64,000 bases of DNA from Gammaproteobacteria bacterium (GTDB taxonomy: Bacteria; Pseudomonadota; Gammaproteobacteria; Eutrophobiales; Eutrophobiaceae), in contig CAXMWX010000005.1 in assembly GCA_963422205.2 (NCBI GenBank), forward strand, positions 32,001 to 96,000, written 5' to 3'. Position numbers and translations under genes: made by a program. Below, piece after piece: positions 9,622 to 18,889 of this stretch (positions are counted from its first letter, which is position 1; each line of letters opens with the position of its first letter). Below the pieces are notes generated by a model. That model searched no databases. It saw nothing but the letters and a program-made list of their open reading frames with translations, and was not told the DNA's origin.

Positions 9622-11043
9622 TCACTTGACCTGTTCCGGCAGCTTGAACACCCGCACGGCCTCCACCAGCAAGGCGGAATAATTGACCAGCTTGTCTGCG
9701 TTGGCTGATTGCTCATGCAACTCGGTATTGGTCTTCTCCGTACTCTCCTTGATGACTTTTGCTCTTTCAGTAATCGCGGTCGTGGTTTTCGCCTGCTGCA
9801 TTGAACTGCCCGCTATTTGCTGCACCATCTCAACCAGGTTATTGGTCTGCTGCATGGTCTCCTGCATTTGTTCACCCGCCTTACCGGCCAGTTGCGTGCC
9901 AGCAACCACTTCGCTGATCGCACTGTTCATGGTGGTGACGGCATCGGAGGTTTCGGTCTGTATATTGTTCACCAGTGAGGCGATCTGTGCGGTTGCTTCA
10001 CGTGAGTTCTCCGCAAGACGCTGAACCTCATCCGCAACAACGGCAAAGCCACGCCCGGCCTCACCAGCAGAAGCCGCATGCATACTCGCATTCAAGGCGA
10101 GAATATGGGTACGTTCAGCAATGCTGTTAATCAGGCTGACCACGCTGCTGATCTCCTGTGAACGCTCACCCAGTCTTTTGATACGTTTTTCTGTCTCTCG
10201 AATGGTCTCGCGGATAGTATTAATCCCCTCTACTGTACCAAGCACCGTCTCTTTGGCCTTTGAGGTGGTGTTGGTTGCATCATCCGCTGCCTTGTTACAG
10301 GTCTGCGCCAGTTCGGCGATCTGCCGCATGGCTTCTGCTGCTGATAATAACTCGGCATTGGCGAGATCGACTTCAATACTTTCCTTATTGGCCAGTTCAA
10401 GTGCCTTGTCGGAGTGATTTTTTACTGACTGGCAGCTATGTGAAATGTCATCGGACATGGTGCGTACACCCTGCAATACCTGGGCGATCTCATCTGCCAG
10501 GATGTTTAATGAGTCGGCAATCGGTGCGGTGGCATCTTCATTCACATCCACTCGTGCGGTGAGGTCTTTCTGGCTTAGCTTGTAGACGCCGTGTAATAAC
10601 TTGACCACGGCATTATTCAGGGCTTCATTTTCCTGTTTTGAGCGTTGTTCAATATTGACTATCTCATCCAGGATGGCATCCAGCGTTGTGCCGACGGCCC
10701 CTATCGGATCGCCATCGCCCAGGCCAGTGCGGGTATCCTGCTGTCCATCCAGCACGTTTTTCAAGGTCGACATGAGGCAATCAAGCGATGTGCCAAGGCG
10801 GCGTCTCGTTTTTATACTGGCGATCAGCAAATAGATGATGATAAGGAAAGCTGCCAGCAGCATGGCCATATCCACAACCTGCAATTCACCTTGCAGCAGA
10901 TGGATATTGGCGATAAAACGCCAACTGACCATGACAGAGATGATCGCACAGAGCAGCAGACCTGTGGTTAGAAAATTCAATCTCCTGAGAATGGGAAATT
11001 CCCCCTCATGGTGAGTGTCTGCTTGTGATGGTAAAAACGTCAT
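9622..11043 (-). CDS. Methyl-accepting chemotaxis protein (PilJ-like signalling domain, very short periplasmic loop)
   Basis: Two TM helices, HAMP-like segments, hairpin tip IAERTHILALNASMHAASAGEAGRGFAVVADEVQRLAE. Confidence 0.93.
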   Translation of the reverse strand: MTFLPSQADTHHEGEFPILRRLNFLTTGLLLCAIISVMVSWRFIANIHLLQGELQVVDMAMLLAAFLIIIYLLIASIKTRRRLGTSLDCLMSTLKNVLDGQQDTRTGLGDGDPIGAVGTTLDAILDEIVNIEQRSKQENEALNNAVVKLLHGVYKLSQKDLTARVDVNEDATAPIADSLNILADEIAQVLQGVRTMSDDISHSCQSVKNHSDKALELANKESIEVDLANAELLSAAEAMRQIAELAQTCNKAADDATNTTSKAKETVLGTVEGINTIRETIRETEKRIKRLGERSQEISSVVSLINSIAERTHILALNASMHAASAGEAGRGFAVVADEVQRLAENSREATAQIASLVNNIQTETSDAVTTMNSAISEVVAGTQLAGKAGEQMQETMQQTNNLVEMVQQIAGSSMQQAKTTTAITERAKVIKESTEKTNTELHEQSANADKLVNYSALLVEAVRVFKLPEQVK

Positions 11044-11058
11044 GGGCTTAACCCCCCG

Positions 11059-11595
11059 TTAGTCAGTGAAACTGCTGAATACTTCCTGAAACAGCCCGTC
11101 AAAATCCACATCCAGCCATATATCCTCTGCATGTAGAAAAGCGGTTTTTGTGTGGTTCTGCAAAATATCAGCCAATGGTGGCAGGGCATCGACTGGCCTG
11201 CTGGCATCCACGACAACCGGCAGATCATCAATGCTGATACCGACACTTTTGCTGCCCTCACCAATCATCAACACCCAGCGGCCAGGCTGATCAGCACCGG
11301 TATCGAGCAGCATATCCATGTTGATCACCGGTATGAGATTGCCGCGCACATTAATCATGCCCCGAAACCATAACGGCGTATTGGGTATCGGACAGGGGCC
11401 AGGGGCATCAATGACTTCAGATTTTTCACCGCCTGCCAGCAACAAGCCCATCGTCCCGACCATAAATCCATAGCGTGATGTTTCAACCTCTTCAGCCCGG
11501 TAGACATCCAGTTTATCCGGGCGGGCGGTGAAACGGGTCAACGCCTCGCTCGGTAACAGCAGACCATCGGGCAGGTTATCGTTACGCTGTGACAT
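11059..11595 (-). CDS. CheW/PilI-like coupling protein
   Basis: PIPNTPLWFRGMINVRGNLIPVI. Confidence 0.88.
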   Translation of the reverse strand: MSQRNDNLPDGLLLPSEALTRFTARPDKLDVYRAEEVETSRYGFMVGTMGLLLAGGEKSEVIDAPGPCPIPNTPLWFRGMINVRGNLIPVINMDMLLDTGADQPGRWVLMIGEGSKSVGISIDDLPVVVDASRPVDALPPLADILQNHTKTAFLHAEDIWLDVDFDGLFQEVFSSFTD

Positions 11596-11678
11596 CGTTA
11601 TTGATGGCTATGGCAGGCAACACCGATCAGCAGTTAATACCGGTCTGTTGCCAGGAACAATGTGCCGGGGCACATGGA

Positions 11679-12485
11679 TTATTCAATATCAAGATACTCA
11701 CTGATGACCTCTTTGAAGATCCCCGGATTAACCGGCTTGATCATATAGGTATCACACCCTGCCAGTTTGCCTTTCACCTTATCGGCTGGCGATGAATTAC
11801 TGGTCAGCATAATCACCGGGGTCTCGGCCTTGTTTGGATCCTGCTTGATCATCTTGCAGATGTCATAGCCATCAACCCCCGGCAGCACCACGTCCAGAAA
11901 CACAATATCATAACGATTACCTTTTATAAGGGCTTCTGCCTCCTCACCGCTTTCCGCAAAATCTATTTTGCTGGCGATGCTCTGTAGTGCTTTTTTCATC
12001 TGAATGCGAACTGGCAGACTGTCATCAACGACCAGCGCGCTGATGGCATTGCCAGCCGCCTGGGTGCCATCGCCCTGCCCGTCTGTTGCACTGCCTGACT
12101 CACCCTCAAAGATCGAGGGCACAGCATAGCCATGCTCATCGATCACCGTCTCTTCCAGCAAGGACAGCAGGCGGGTGGCGACCAGGGGCTTGGCGGTATA
12201 ATGGTTGGTGTCATTCGGATTGGCCGGCGGGATCGACTCACATAGCATGATGGTGGAGATGACATTGCCCTCGCCATAGCGTTTAAGGTAAGCACCCCAG
12301 CGGCGCACGGCATCCGGGTTGTCTGCATCAACAATCAGGATGTCGGCATATTTCCTGCCCGACAGGGCTTCAAACAGATCAAAGGATGGCGTACGATTTT
12401 TAGCCAGTGCCATCGCCGTGGACAAGATGTTTTGATCATGTGTTTTAAACCCAATGGATGCAACGGCAAATATCGTCTCACTCAT
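11679..12485 (-). CDS. Response regulator with degenerate N-terminal REC-like domain and C-terminal PilG/PilH-like REC
   Basis: C-terminal LVVDDS...FLDVVLPGVDGYDIC...MLTS...KP; N-terminal ILIVDAD...KP remnant. Confidence 0.8.
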   Translation of the reverse strand: MSETIFAVASIGFKTHDQNILSTAMALAKNRTPSFDLFEALSGRKYADILIVDADNPDAVRRWGAYLKRYGEGNVISTIMLCESIPPANPNDTNHYTAKPLVATRLLSLLEETVIDEHGYAVPSIFEGESGSATDGQGDGTQAAGNAISALVVDDSLPVRIQMKKALQSIASKIDFAESGEEAEALIKGNRYDIVFLDVVLPGVDGYDICKMIKQDPNKAETPVIMLTSNSSPADKVKGKLAGCDTYMIKPVNPGIFKEVISEYLDIE

Positions 12486-12697
12486 TATCGCACCATTAAA
12501 ATATTCTTTATTCTGTTTAACACCTTATCGGGCGCAGGTCGTAATACAGCACTGACAGGCAATACCGGCTGCCGGCAGGCGCTTATCAGGCTTATGAAGT
12601 ATACACCAATACGACTGTTTTACAGCAGCACATTGAGGTAATCCGTGTATGCAGGCGATGCCTGAACAAGGAAGTCAATGAAAATTCAAGCGGGAAT

Positions 12698-14302
12698 TTA
12701 AGCCCATTCCTTCCAGTTCAATCCCATGAGTAAATCTTCGGTGCTTTGAAAACGCTCATCCGGGTCTTTACACAGTAAACCATCGAGCAGTGGTTGCAGG
12801 GATAAGAATTGTTCGGGGAGCTTGGGGATAGGTGCAGAGAGGTGGCGTTCAAACACGCTCATGGGCGTGCCGCCGGTATACGGATGCTTGTTGGTCAGCA
12901 TTTTATACATGATGATGCCAAGGCTGTAGATGTCGCTGCGCTGATCAGCTTTGCCACCTTCTATCTGTTCAGGGCTGATGTAGTATAAGGTGCCCATAAG
13001 CTGCCCATCCATGGTCAGCCCCTGCTTGATTTGATTTTCTGCCTCCAGGTCTTTTGCGATCCCAAAATCTGTCACCGCTAACTCATCTGCAGAACGAAAC
13101 AGGATATTCGCCGGCTTCATATCCCGATGCACGATGCCGAGGGCATGGGCGGCTCCCAGACCTTCAGCAATCTGATGTAAGTAGGAAATTGCCGTTTTCC
13201 CATCTATGCCGGCCTTTAATCGCTCGGCCAAATCGCCATGACTGAAATATTCCATGGCGATATATGCAAAATCGCTGGCAAATGCACGCTCGTGAATCTG
13301 CACGACATTGGGATGATCAATCTGCCCGATTATCTTGTATTCCCGCATGAAACGCCTTAACAGCCCGGAACCCCCCTGCTCTCCCAGCGACAGCACCTTC
13401 AACACCACTTTTAACTGATCTTCCTCTCGTTCTGCCAGATAGATAGAGGCCATGCCCCCTTCGCCAATTTTTTTCTCCAGACGATAGCCCGGCACCTCGA
13501 TGGGAATATCCTTCGCTGTGCATGGCCGGCGAGTCACAGAACCCGCCCCTGCCTTGCTGATGGGGCGTCTTTTCGATATCAGTCTGCTCGGCGTCGAACT
13601 TGCCAGCACCTTATCTGTTGCCTCTGCTCTCTGCTGTACCTTCCCTGCTTTGCGCTGGGTTTTCCTTACCCTCTGCCGTGCTTTTGCTGCTTTGTGTTGT
13701 GTTTTCTTTGCCTTCTGCTGTCCGCTGCTGTCCTGCTTGCTTTGCTGTCTCCTGCTGGTAATCTCTGACATCTCCTCGCTGCTCAACAAGACCGTGCGCT
13801 CATGCTCATCGGCTTTCGCTGTGCCTGCAAGCTGCATGGCGAGGTGTTTCTCCTGTGGGCTTAACACCCGTGTCCTCTCCGCCTCATCCTTGTCAGCCTC
13901 ATCGTCCGCTGCGCCTGCCCGGCTGCTCGCCAGCACTTTTTTTACCCGCTCGGAAAATAACTCTGGCGTGATGTGATCTTTACTCAGAAAATCATCGGCA
14001 CCCAGTTTATGCACCTTGGCCTCCAACTGCTTACTGTCATAGCCGGTAAAGAATATTATGGGTGGCGTATTGGGCTGTTGCTTCAGCTGCCTCAACCAGT
14101 GCAGGCCGTTTTGACCTTCCAGGCCAAGATCATAATCAAGCAAAATCAAACCGTATCTGGACCAGTTAAAATCATGCTCCGGCAGCCCGCATTCAGGATC
14201 ATAACTTTCAACGATGACATCGGGGAACTTCAAGTGCTTGCAAAAATGAATAAGACGCTCGGCATCTGTTGCATCATCTATGATTAATATCCTGTCTAAC
14301 AT
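12698..14302 (-). CDS. Receiver domain-Ser/Thr protein kinase fusion with long basic linker
   Basis: REC (IIDD, ILLDYDLG, FTG, LSK); kinase GEGGMASIY, VVLKVL, HRDMKPAN, DFG, GTLYYISPEQ, DIYSLG. Confidence 0.93.
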   Translation of the reverse strand: MLDRILIIDDATDAERLIHFCKHLKFPDVIVESYDPECGLPEHDFNWSRYGLILLDYDLGLEGQNGLHWLRQLKQQPNTPPIIFFTGYDSKQLEAKVHKLGADDFLSKDHITPELFSERVKKVLASSRAGAADDEADKDEAERTRVLSPQEKHLAMQLAGTAKADEHERTVLLSSEEMSEITSRRQQSKQDSSGQQKAKKTQHKAAKARQRVRKTQRKAGKVQQRAEATDKVLASSTPSRLISKRRPISKAGAGSVTRRPCTAKDIPIEVPGYRLEKKIGEGGMASIYLAEREEDQLKVVLKVLSLGEQGGSGLLRRFMREYKIIGQIDHPNVVQIHERAFASDFAYIAMEYFSHGDLAERLKAGIDGKTAISYLHQIAEGLGAAHALGIVHRDMKPANILFRSADELAVTDFGIAKDLEAENQIKQGLTMDGQLMGTLYYISPEQIEGGKADQRSDIYSLGIIMYKMLTNKHPYTGGTPMSVFERHLSAPIPKLPEQFLSLQPLLDGLLCKDPDERFQSTEDLLMGLNWKEWA

Positions 14303-14397
14303 GGCAATACTCTGCTCATCTCACCGTCATGCAAGAGACAACATCCTCTGCATATAGCTGGCGACTGACCGGCACGCCCGGGCTGACAAGCCGCAAA

Positions 14398-14958
14398 TTA
14401 AAATAATTCCACATCGCCTTTATCCAGGGATTGTTGTTTTACCGGATTACTTAATTGCATGGCATGGCTGACTGCCGCTATATCGGCCCGACATTTTTTT
14501 AACACCGACATTATCTCGGCACTGTCCTGCCCTGTCGATTGATACAAGACCTCCACCTGCTCATGAATAGCGACAAACATTTTTTCTATTTCACCGACAC
14601 GTAAACAGGCATGGTTAATCAGTTGCTGCAAGATATCCTCAAACTGCAAGGCGCGCACGGCATTGCCGACAGATGAGCTGATCTCATTGGTGGTCAATAA
14701 CAGGTGTTCTATGTCACTCTCATCCTCATGCTGTTGCACCTGCACGGCGCACTTTCGCAACTCGGCGCTTTGTTGTGCCAACTGGTAACTCATGGTACCG
14801 AAACATGCACGCAGATCACCTGCCGCCTCCCGCAACATCTTGCTCATGCGTTCAAGATCACTCCCCATGACCTGCTGTTCACGAATGACAATATGGCAGA
14901 CATCATCAGACAGGGCATGCAGTGACTGCATTAATTGGTTATGTCCGTTTTCACTCAT
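14398..14958 (-). CDS. Chemotaxis-associated coiled-coil protein (MCP/CheZ-like C-terminal module)
   Basis: AVRALQFEDILQQL motif and C-terminal NPVKQQSLDKGDVELF, typical of small proteins in che clusters. Confidence 0.65.
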   Translation of the reverse strand: MSENGHNQLMQSLHALSDDVCHIVIREQQVMGSDLERMSKMLREAAGDLRACFGTMSYQLAQQSAELRKCAVQVQQHEDESDIEHLLLTTNEISSSVGNAVRALQFEDILQQLINHACLRVGEIEKMFVAIHEQVEVLYQSTGQDSAEIMSVLKKCRADIAAVSHAMQLSNPVKQQSLDKGDVELF

Positions 14959-15177
14959 CTTTATTCATACAGTGCAGCGATGCGGATGCGGCATGCCATA
15001 GCACGTCTACCGGTTTTTCCATCCAGCATCTTAAAGAAACTCTCACGTTAAAGACAGAAAACGACCCCACTTGGCTGGCAATAATAGCGGGTACTGGCTT
15101 GTCAAGCTATTAAAAATTGACCAATACGCCAGGACTGCCCGGCCGCCGCCGCTCAAACGAAGCCAGGGCACAGCCCC

Positions 15178-16299
15178 TCAGCTTAACTTGCCCAGCTCTA
15201 TCAGATGCGGTGCAATGGCCGGCAAGCCCAGCACCAGGCTGGCCGCTTCCAGCCTCACGGCCTCCCCCGGCATCCCCCAAACCACACTGGTAGCCTCATC
15301 CTGGGCAATGGTTGTTGCCCCGGATTCAAGCATCTCTTTCAGGCCGCGCGCGCCATCGGCTCCCATGCCGGTGAGGATAACGCCGATGGCATTGGTCGCT
15401 GCGCTTTCAGCGACCGAGCGAAACAAGACATCCACCGAGGGTTTATGCCGGTTCACCGGCGGGCCGTCATGTAATTGACAGCGATAACGGGTACCATCCC
15501 AAACTAACAGCAGGTGTTTATTCCCCGGGGCGAGATAGGCATGGCCGGGCATGACCGGCTCGCCATCCGTTGCCTCAGATACCGTGACCTGACACAGGCT
15601 GTTCAAACGTTCAGCGAATGAGGTGCTGAAGACCGGCGGGATATGCTGGCTGATCAAGATGCCCGGGCTGTCAAGTGGCATTTGCAGCAGAATCTCTCTA
15701 ATCGCCTCGGTGCCGCCGGTTGAGGCGCCCATGGCAATAATTCTCTCCGTGGTGTTAAATTTTCTGACATTGGCCGGTCGCTGTAACACCGCGGTGGCAG
15801 AATACTTGACATCTATCTCATCCGTGCCTGTGCCAGCACCTGGCTCTGGCGGCGCTGGCTTGTCCTCTGCCATGAGGTGCCTCGGCCTGACCTTCGCCTG
15901 TGCCGCATTCTTGACCTTGGCAATGATCTCCTCTGAATAATTGATCAGATCGTTGGCAACATCCACTTTGGGCTTGCCGATAAAATCGATCGCCCCCAAG
16001 GATAATGCCTCTAATGTCACTTCAGCGCCTTTTTCAGTCAGGGAAGAGACCATGACAACAGGCAGCGGGCGCAAACGCATCAGCTTACGCAGGAAACTCA
16101 TCCCATCCATCTTGGGCATTTCCACATCCAGGGTAACGACATCAGGATTAAGCTCTTTTATCTTGCGTCTGGCAATCAGGGGATTCATGGCCGAGCCCAC
16201 CACCTCAATCGCCGGGTCGGATGAGAGCACCCGGGTCAGGATACGTCTGACTAACGCTGAATCATCAATAATAAGTACACGAATCCTGTTCATGGGCAT
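15178..16299 (-). CDS. cheB: Chemotaxis methylesterase CheB
   Basis: REC plus [29 protein letters not shown]. Confidence 0.96.
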   Translation of the reverse strand: MPMNRIRVLIIDDSALVRRILTRVLSSDPAIEVVGSAMNPLIARRKIKELNPDVVTLDVEMPKMDGMSFLRKLMRLRPLPVVMVSSLTEKGAEVTLEALSLGAIDFIGKPKVDVANDLINYSEEIIAKVKNAAQAKVRPRHLMAEDKPAPPEPGAGTGTDEIDVKYSATAVLQRPANVRKFNTTERIIAMGASTGGTEAIREILLQMPLDSPGILISQHIPPVFSTSFAERLNSLCQVTVSEATDGEPVMPGHAYLAPGNKHLLLVWDGTRYRCQLHDGPPVNRHKPSVDVLFRSVAESAATNAIGVILTGMGADGARGLKEMLESGATTIAQDEATSVVWGMPGEAVRLEAASLVLGLPAIAPHLIELGKLS

Positions 16300-16307
16300 G
16301 GCTGAGG

Positions 16308-16979
16308 TTATGGCGTGAATATATCGACTTCGCCACTGAGCTGCTGGTTTTCCAGCTTGCGAATATAGGCCCGCTCCCGTTCAATCAGTGTGTTGTTATG
16401 CACTTTGTAGAAATGCTTTACCCTGACCCTGCCGGAGCTGGGATAATAATTTATTTTTCTCGGCCAGATCCCGCCCACATCAGCGCTGATCACCTGATAC
16501 CCTTCCTTGGCGATAAAATCCCTGACGAAATCAATATTCATCTGGCCGATGTTGGTATTAATATCCAGCACTTTTGCCCCGCCAAACAGTTTGATTTCGA
16601 AATTTTTCCGGCTGCCGCCACAGGCCAGAATGGCGTTGATTAATCTCTCCATCGCCACATTGCCATAACGTGTGCCGAGACTGACAGGCGTATTGGTCCA
16701 CTCATCCTGCCTGTAATCACGCAACACGGGCAGCATAAAATGATTCATCCCGCCGATACGGCTGATCTTGTCACGGATACAGGCGGTCACACACGACCCC
16801 AGCACCGTGCTGATCATCTCTCCCTGGCTGGTGACATAATACTGGCCTGGTGTGATCTTGGCGGAATAAATATGATTTTTTGCATCCCAGAACCGATGGA
16901 TATGCTCAAAGCCCGGCAAAACAGACGGCAGGTTGCCATCGTCAATGCCATGGTCATGGATATCATCGCTGGCGCCCAT
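16308..16979 (-). CDS. cheD: Chemoreceptor glutamine deamidase CheD
   Basis: [10 protein letters not shown]...GGMNHFMLP...KLFGGA...DVGG. Confidence 0.95.
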   Translation of the reverse strand: MGASDDIHDHGIDDGNLPSVLPGFEHIHRFWDAKNHIYSAKITPGQYYVTSQGEMISTVLGSCVTACIRDKISRIGGMNHFMLPVLRDYRQDEWTNTPVSLGTRYGNVAMERLINAILACGGSRKNFEIKLFGGAKVLDINTNIGQMNIDFVRDFIAKEGYQVISADVGGIWPRKINYYPSSGRVRVKHFYKVHNNTLIERERAYIRKLENQQLSGEVDIFTP

Positions 16980-17827
16980 CAGCTTATCTTCCGATGTATG
17001 GTGTTGCCAAGAGACCGGAAACGCTCAGAGACACCAAACAGGCTCTCGGAGTGGCCAATAAACAAATGCCCGTCTTTGATCAGCAGATCATGGAAACGGG
17101 CGATGAGATTCTGCCGCATCTCCCGTTCAAAATAGATCACCACATTACGACAGAAGATGATGTCGAACGGCCCGCGCATAGGCCAGGCAGTATCGGCAAG
17201 GTTCAGACGTTTGAAGTGAATCATCGCCTTGATCTCATCGGCCACAGTCACCAGCCCATCGTTCCTGCCACGGCCTTTGCGGAACCAGCGTCTGTGCTGG
17301 GACAGCGAAGAGTCATCGAGTTTTTCGGTGGTGTACACACCGGCCCTGGCCTGCTTGAGAATGCCGGAATCCAGATCAGTCGCCAGGATTTTTATATCCC
17401 AGTCCCCGGTAAACAGGCGGCTCTGCTTAATCGTCATGGCGATTGAATACGGCTCTTCACCGGAAGAACAACCGGCAGACCAGACCCGTATGCGCTTGTT
17501 GTTCTGCTCTGTTTTATGCTTGAGGATTTCGGGTAAGGCACTGTTTAACAAATACTCAAAATGATGATTTTCACGGAAAAACGCCGTGACGTTAGTCGTC
17601 AGGGCATTGATACACTGCACCAGCTCCTCATCATTGTCCTGCTGTAACAGGCGACAATATTGCTCGAATGAATCAAGCTCCAGATGCCGCAGCCGCTTGG
17701 CCAGCCGCCCATAGATCAACTCACGCTTGGAGACCGGCAGGTGGATACCCACGCGTTCAAGCATCAGATTGCTGATGAACCGGTAATTCTCATCAGTAAA
17801 CGTGAACCTCTGCATTGGCCCAACCAT
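16979..17827 (-). CDS. cheR: Chemotaxis methyltransferase CheR
   Basis: TTNVTAFFRE, RVWSAGCSSGEEPYSIA, IFCRNVVIYF, GHSE. Confidence 0.96.
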   Translation of the reverse strand: MVGPMQRFTFTDENYRFISNLMLERVGIHLPVSKRELIYGRLAKRLRHLELDSFEQYCRLLQQDNDEELVQCINALTTNVTAFFRENHHFEYLLNSALPEILKHKTEQNNKRIRVWSAGCSSGEEPYSIAMTIKQSRLFTGDWDIKILATDLDSGILKQARAGVYTTEKLDDSSLSQHRRWFRKGRGRNDGLVTVADEIKAMIHFKRLNLADTAWPMRGPFDIIFCRNVVIYFEREMRQNLIARFHDLLIKDGHLFIGHSESLFGVSERFRSLGNTIHRKIS

Positions 17828-17866
17828 GACCTTAGCCAGGGGCCAGGAACGATAATGTTGTCAGGC

Positions 17867-18331
17867 TCATACCGGCAGGCCCAGGGGCTCAGTCAGCCCC
17901 AGTAACGCCGCCGTATCGGTGAAGGCTTGTGAGGGTTGCAACAGCGTGCAATCCCGGTTTTGTGCCTGTCGCTGGCGGATGAAGGCCAGCAATAACTGCA
18001 AACCGGCGGTATCAATCATCTGCACACCGCCAGCATCAATGCAAACCGTCGCCTGTTGATCACCATGTACCATGAGCGTCTCTTTCAAAGCCGCCACATC
18101 AGCGATGGTGATGACTGTGGCCAGCGAGATGGTTATCGTCTCATCTGCCATCGTGCTGCCATCAGACGGGGCAGCCTGTGTCTTCTGCCCCTGTGTCTTC
18201 TGTTTTGAACTGGCGACTTTTTTGCCGGTTTTTTTCCTCGTTCGGGGGCGGGTTGCCGGCCTGGCCGCATCGGCGCTGCCAGCCGCCGCATTCGAGCGCT
18301 GGATGCGGCCGGTCTTTTTTTTCGCTGTCAT
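17867..18331 (-). CDS. STAS domain protein with Lys/Arg-rich N-terminal extension
   Basis: IDAGGVQMIDTAGLQLLLAF STAS_2 motif. Confidence 0.85.
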   Translation of the reverse strand: MTAKKKTGRIQRSNAAAGSADAARPATRPRTRKKTGKKVASSKQKTQGQKTQAAPSDGSTMADETITISLATVITIADVAALKETLMVHGDQQATVCIDAGGVQMIDTAGLQLLLAFIRQRQAQNRDCTLLQPSQAFTDTAALLGLTEPLGLPV

Positions 18332-18367
18332 GTCGTGCTTATCTCAGCCTGTTGCGGCGGGCAGGAT

Positions 18368-18877
18368 CTAAGGACTGCTCGGCAACTCTGCCAGCAAACC
18401 GGCATTGACCAGGGCATCGATCTCCAGCAGGATGATCATCTTCTCATCGATGGTTGTCAGTCCCCGGATAAACTCCACATTGATGGCGCCTCCTATATCA
18501 GGCGTCTCGCTGATCGCATCCCCGACCACGTTGTATACCTCAGAGACCGCATCCGCCACCATGCCGACTGTACGCAGATGCCCTTCGTTTTCTATCTTGA
18601 CCACGATGATCACGGTCGTGGTATGAAATTCCGCCTGTTCCAGCTGAAACCGGCGGCGCAAGTCCATCACCGGCACGATCGTGCCGCGCAGATTGACAAC
18701 GCCCAGCACATAATCCGGCGTGTTCGGGATGGTGGTGACCGGCTCCCAGCTGCGTATTTCCTGCACCTTGAGGATGTCAATACCGTACTCTTCCGCCCCC
18801 AGCTTAAAGGTCAGGAACTGGCTGGTGCCGGCCTGCTGCTCGGCTGATAACATATCGGTTGGTGATATCTCGGTCAT
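18368..18877 (-). CDS. cheW: Chemotaxis coupling protein CheW
   Basis: FLTFKLGAEEYGIDILKVQEI...GVVNLRGTIVPVMDLR. Confidence 0.96.
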   Translation of the reverse strand: MTEISPTDMLSAEQQAGTSQFLTFKLGAEEYGIDILKVQEIRSWEPVTTIPNTPDYVLGVVNLRGTIVPVMDLRRRFQLEQAEFHTTTVIIVVKIENEGHLRTVGMVADAVSEVYNVVGDAISETPDIGGAINVEFIRGLTTIDEKMIILLEIDALVNAGLLAELPSSP

Positions 18878-18889
18878 TGCCCCTCCTGA

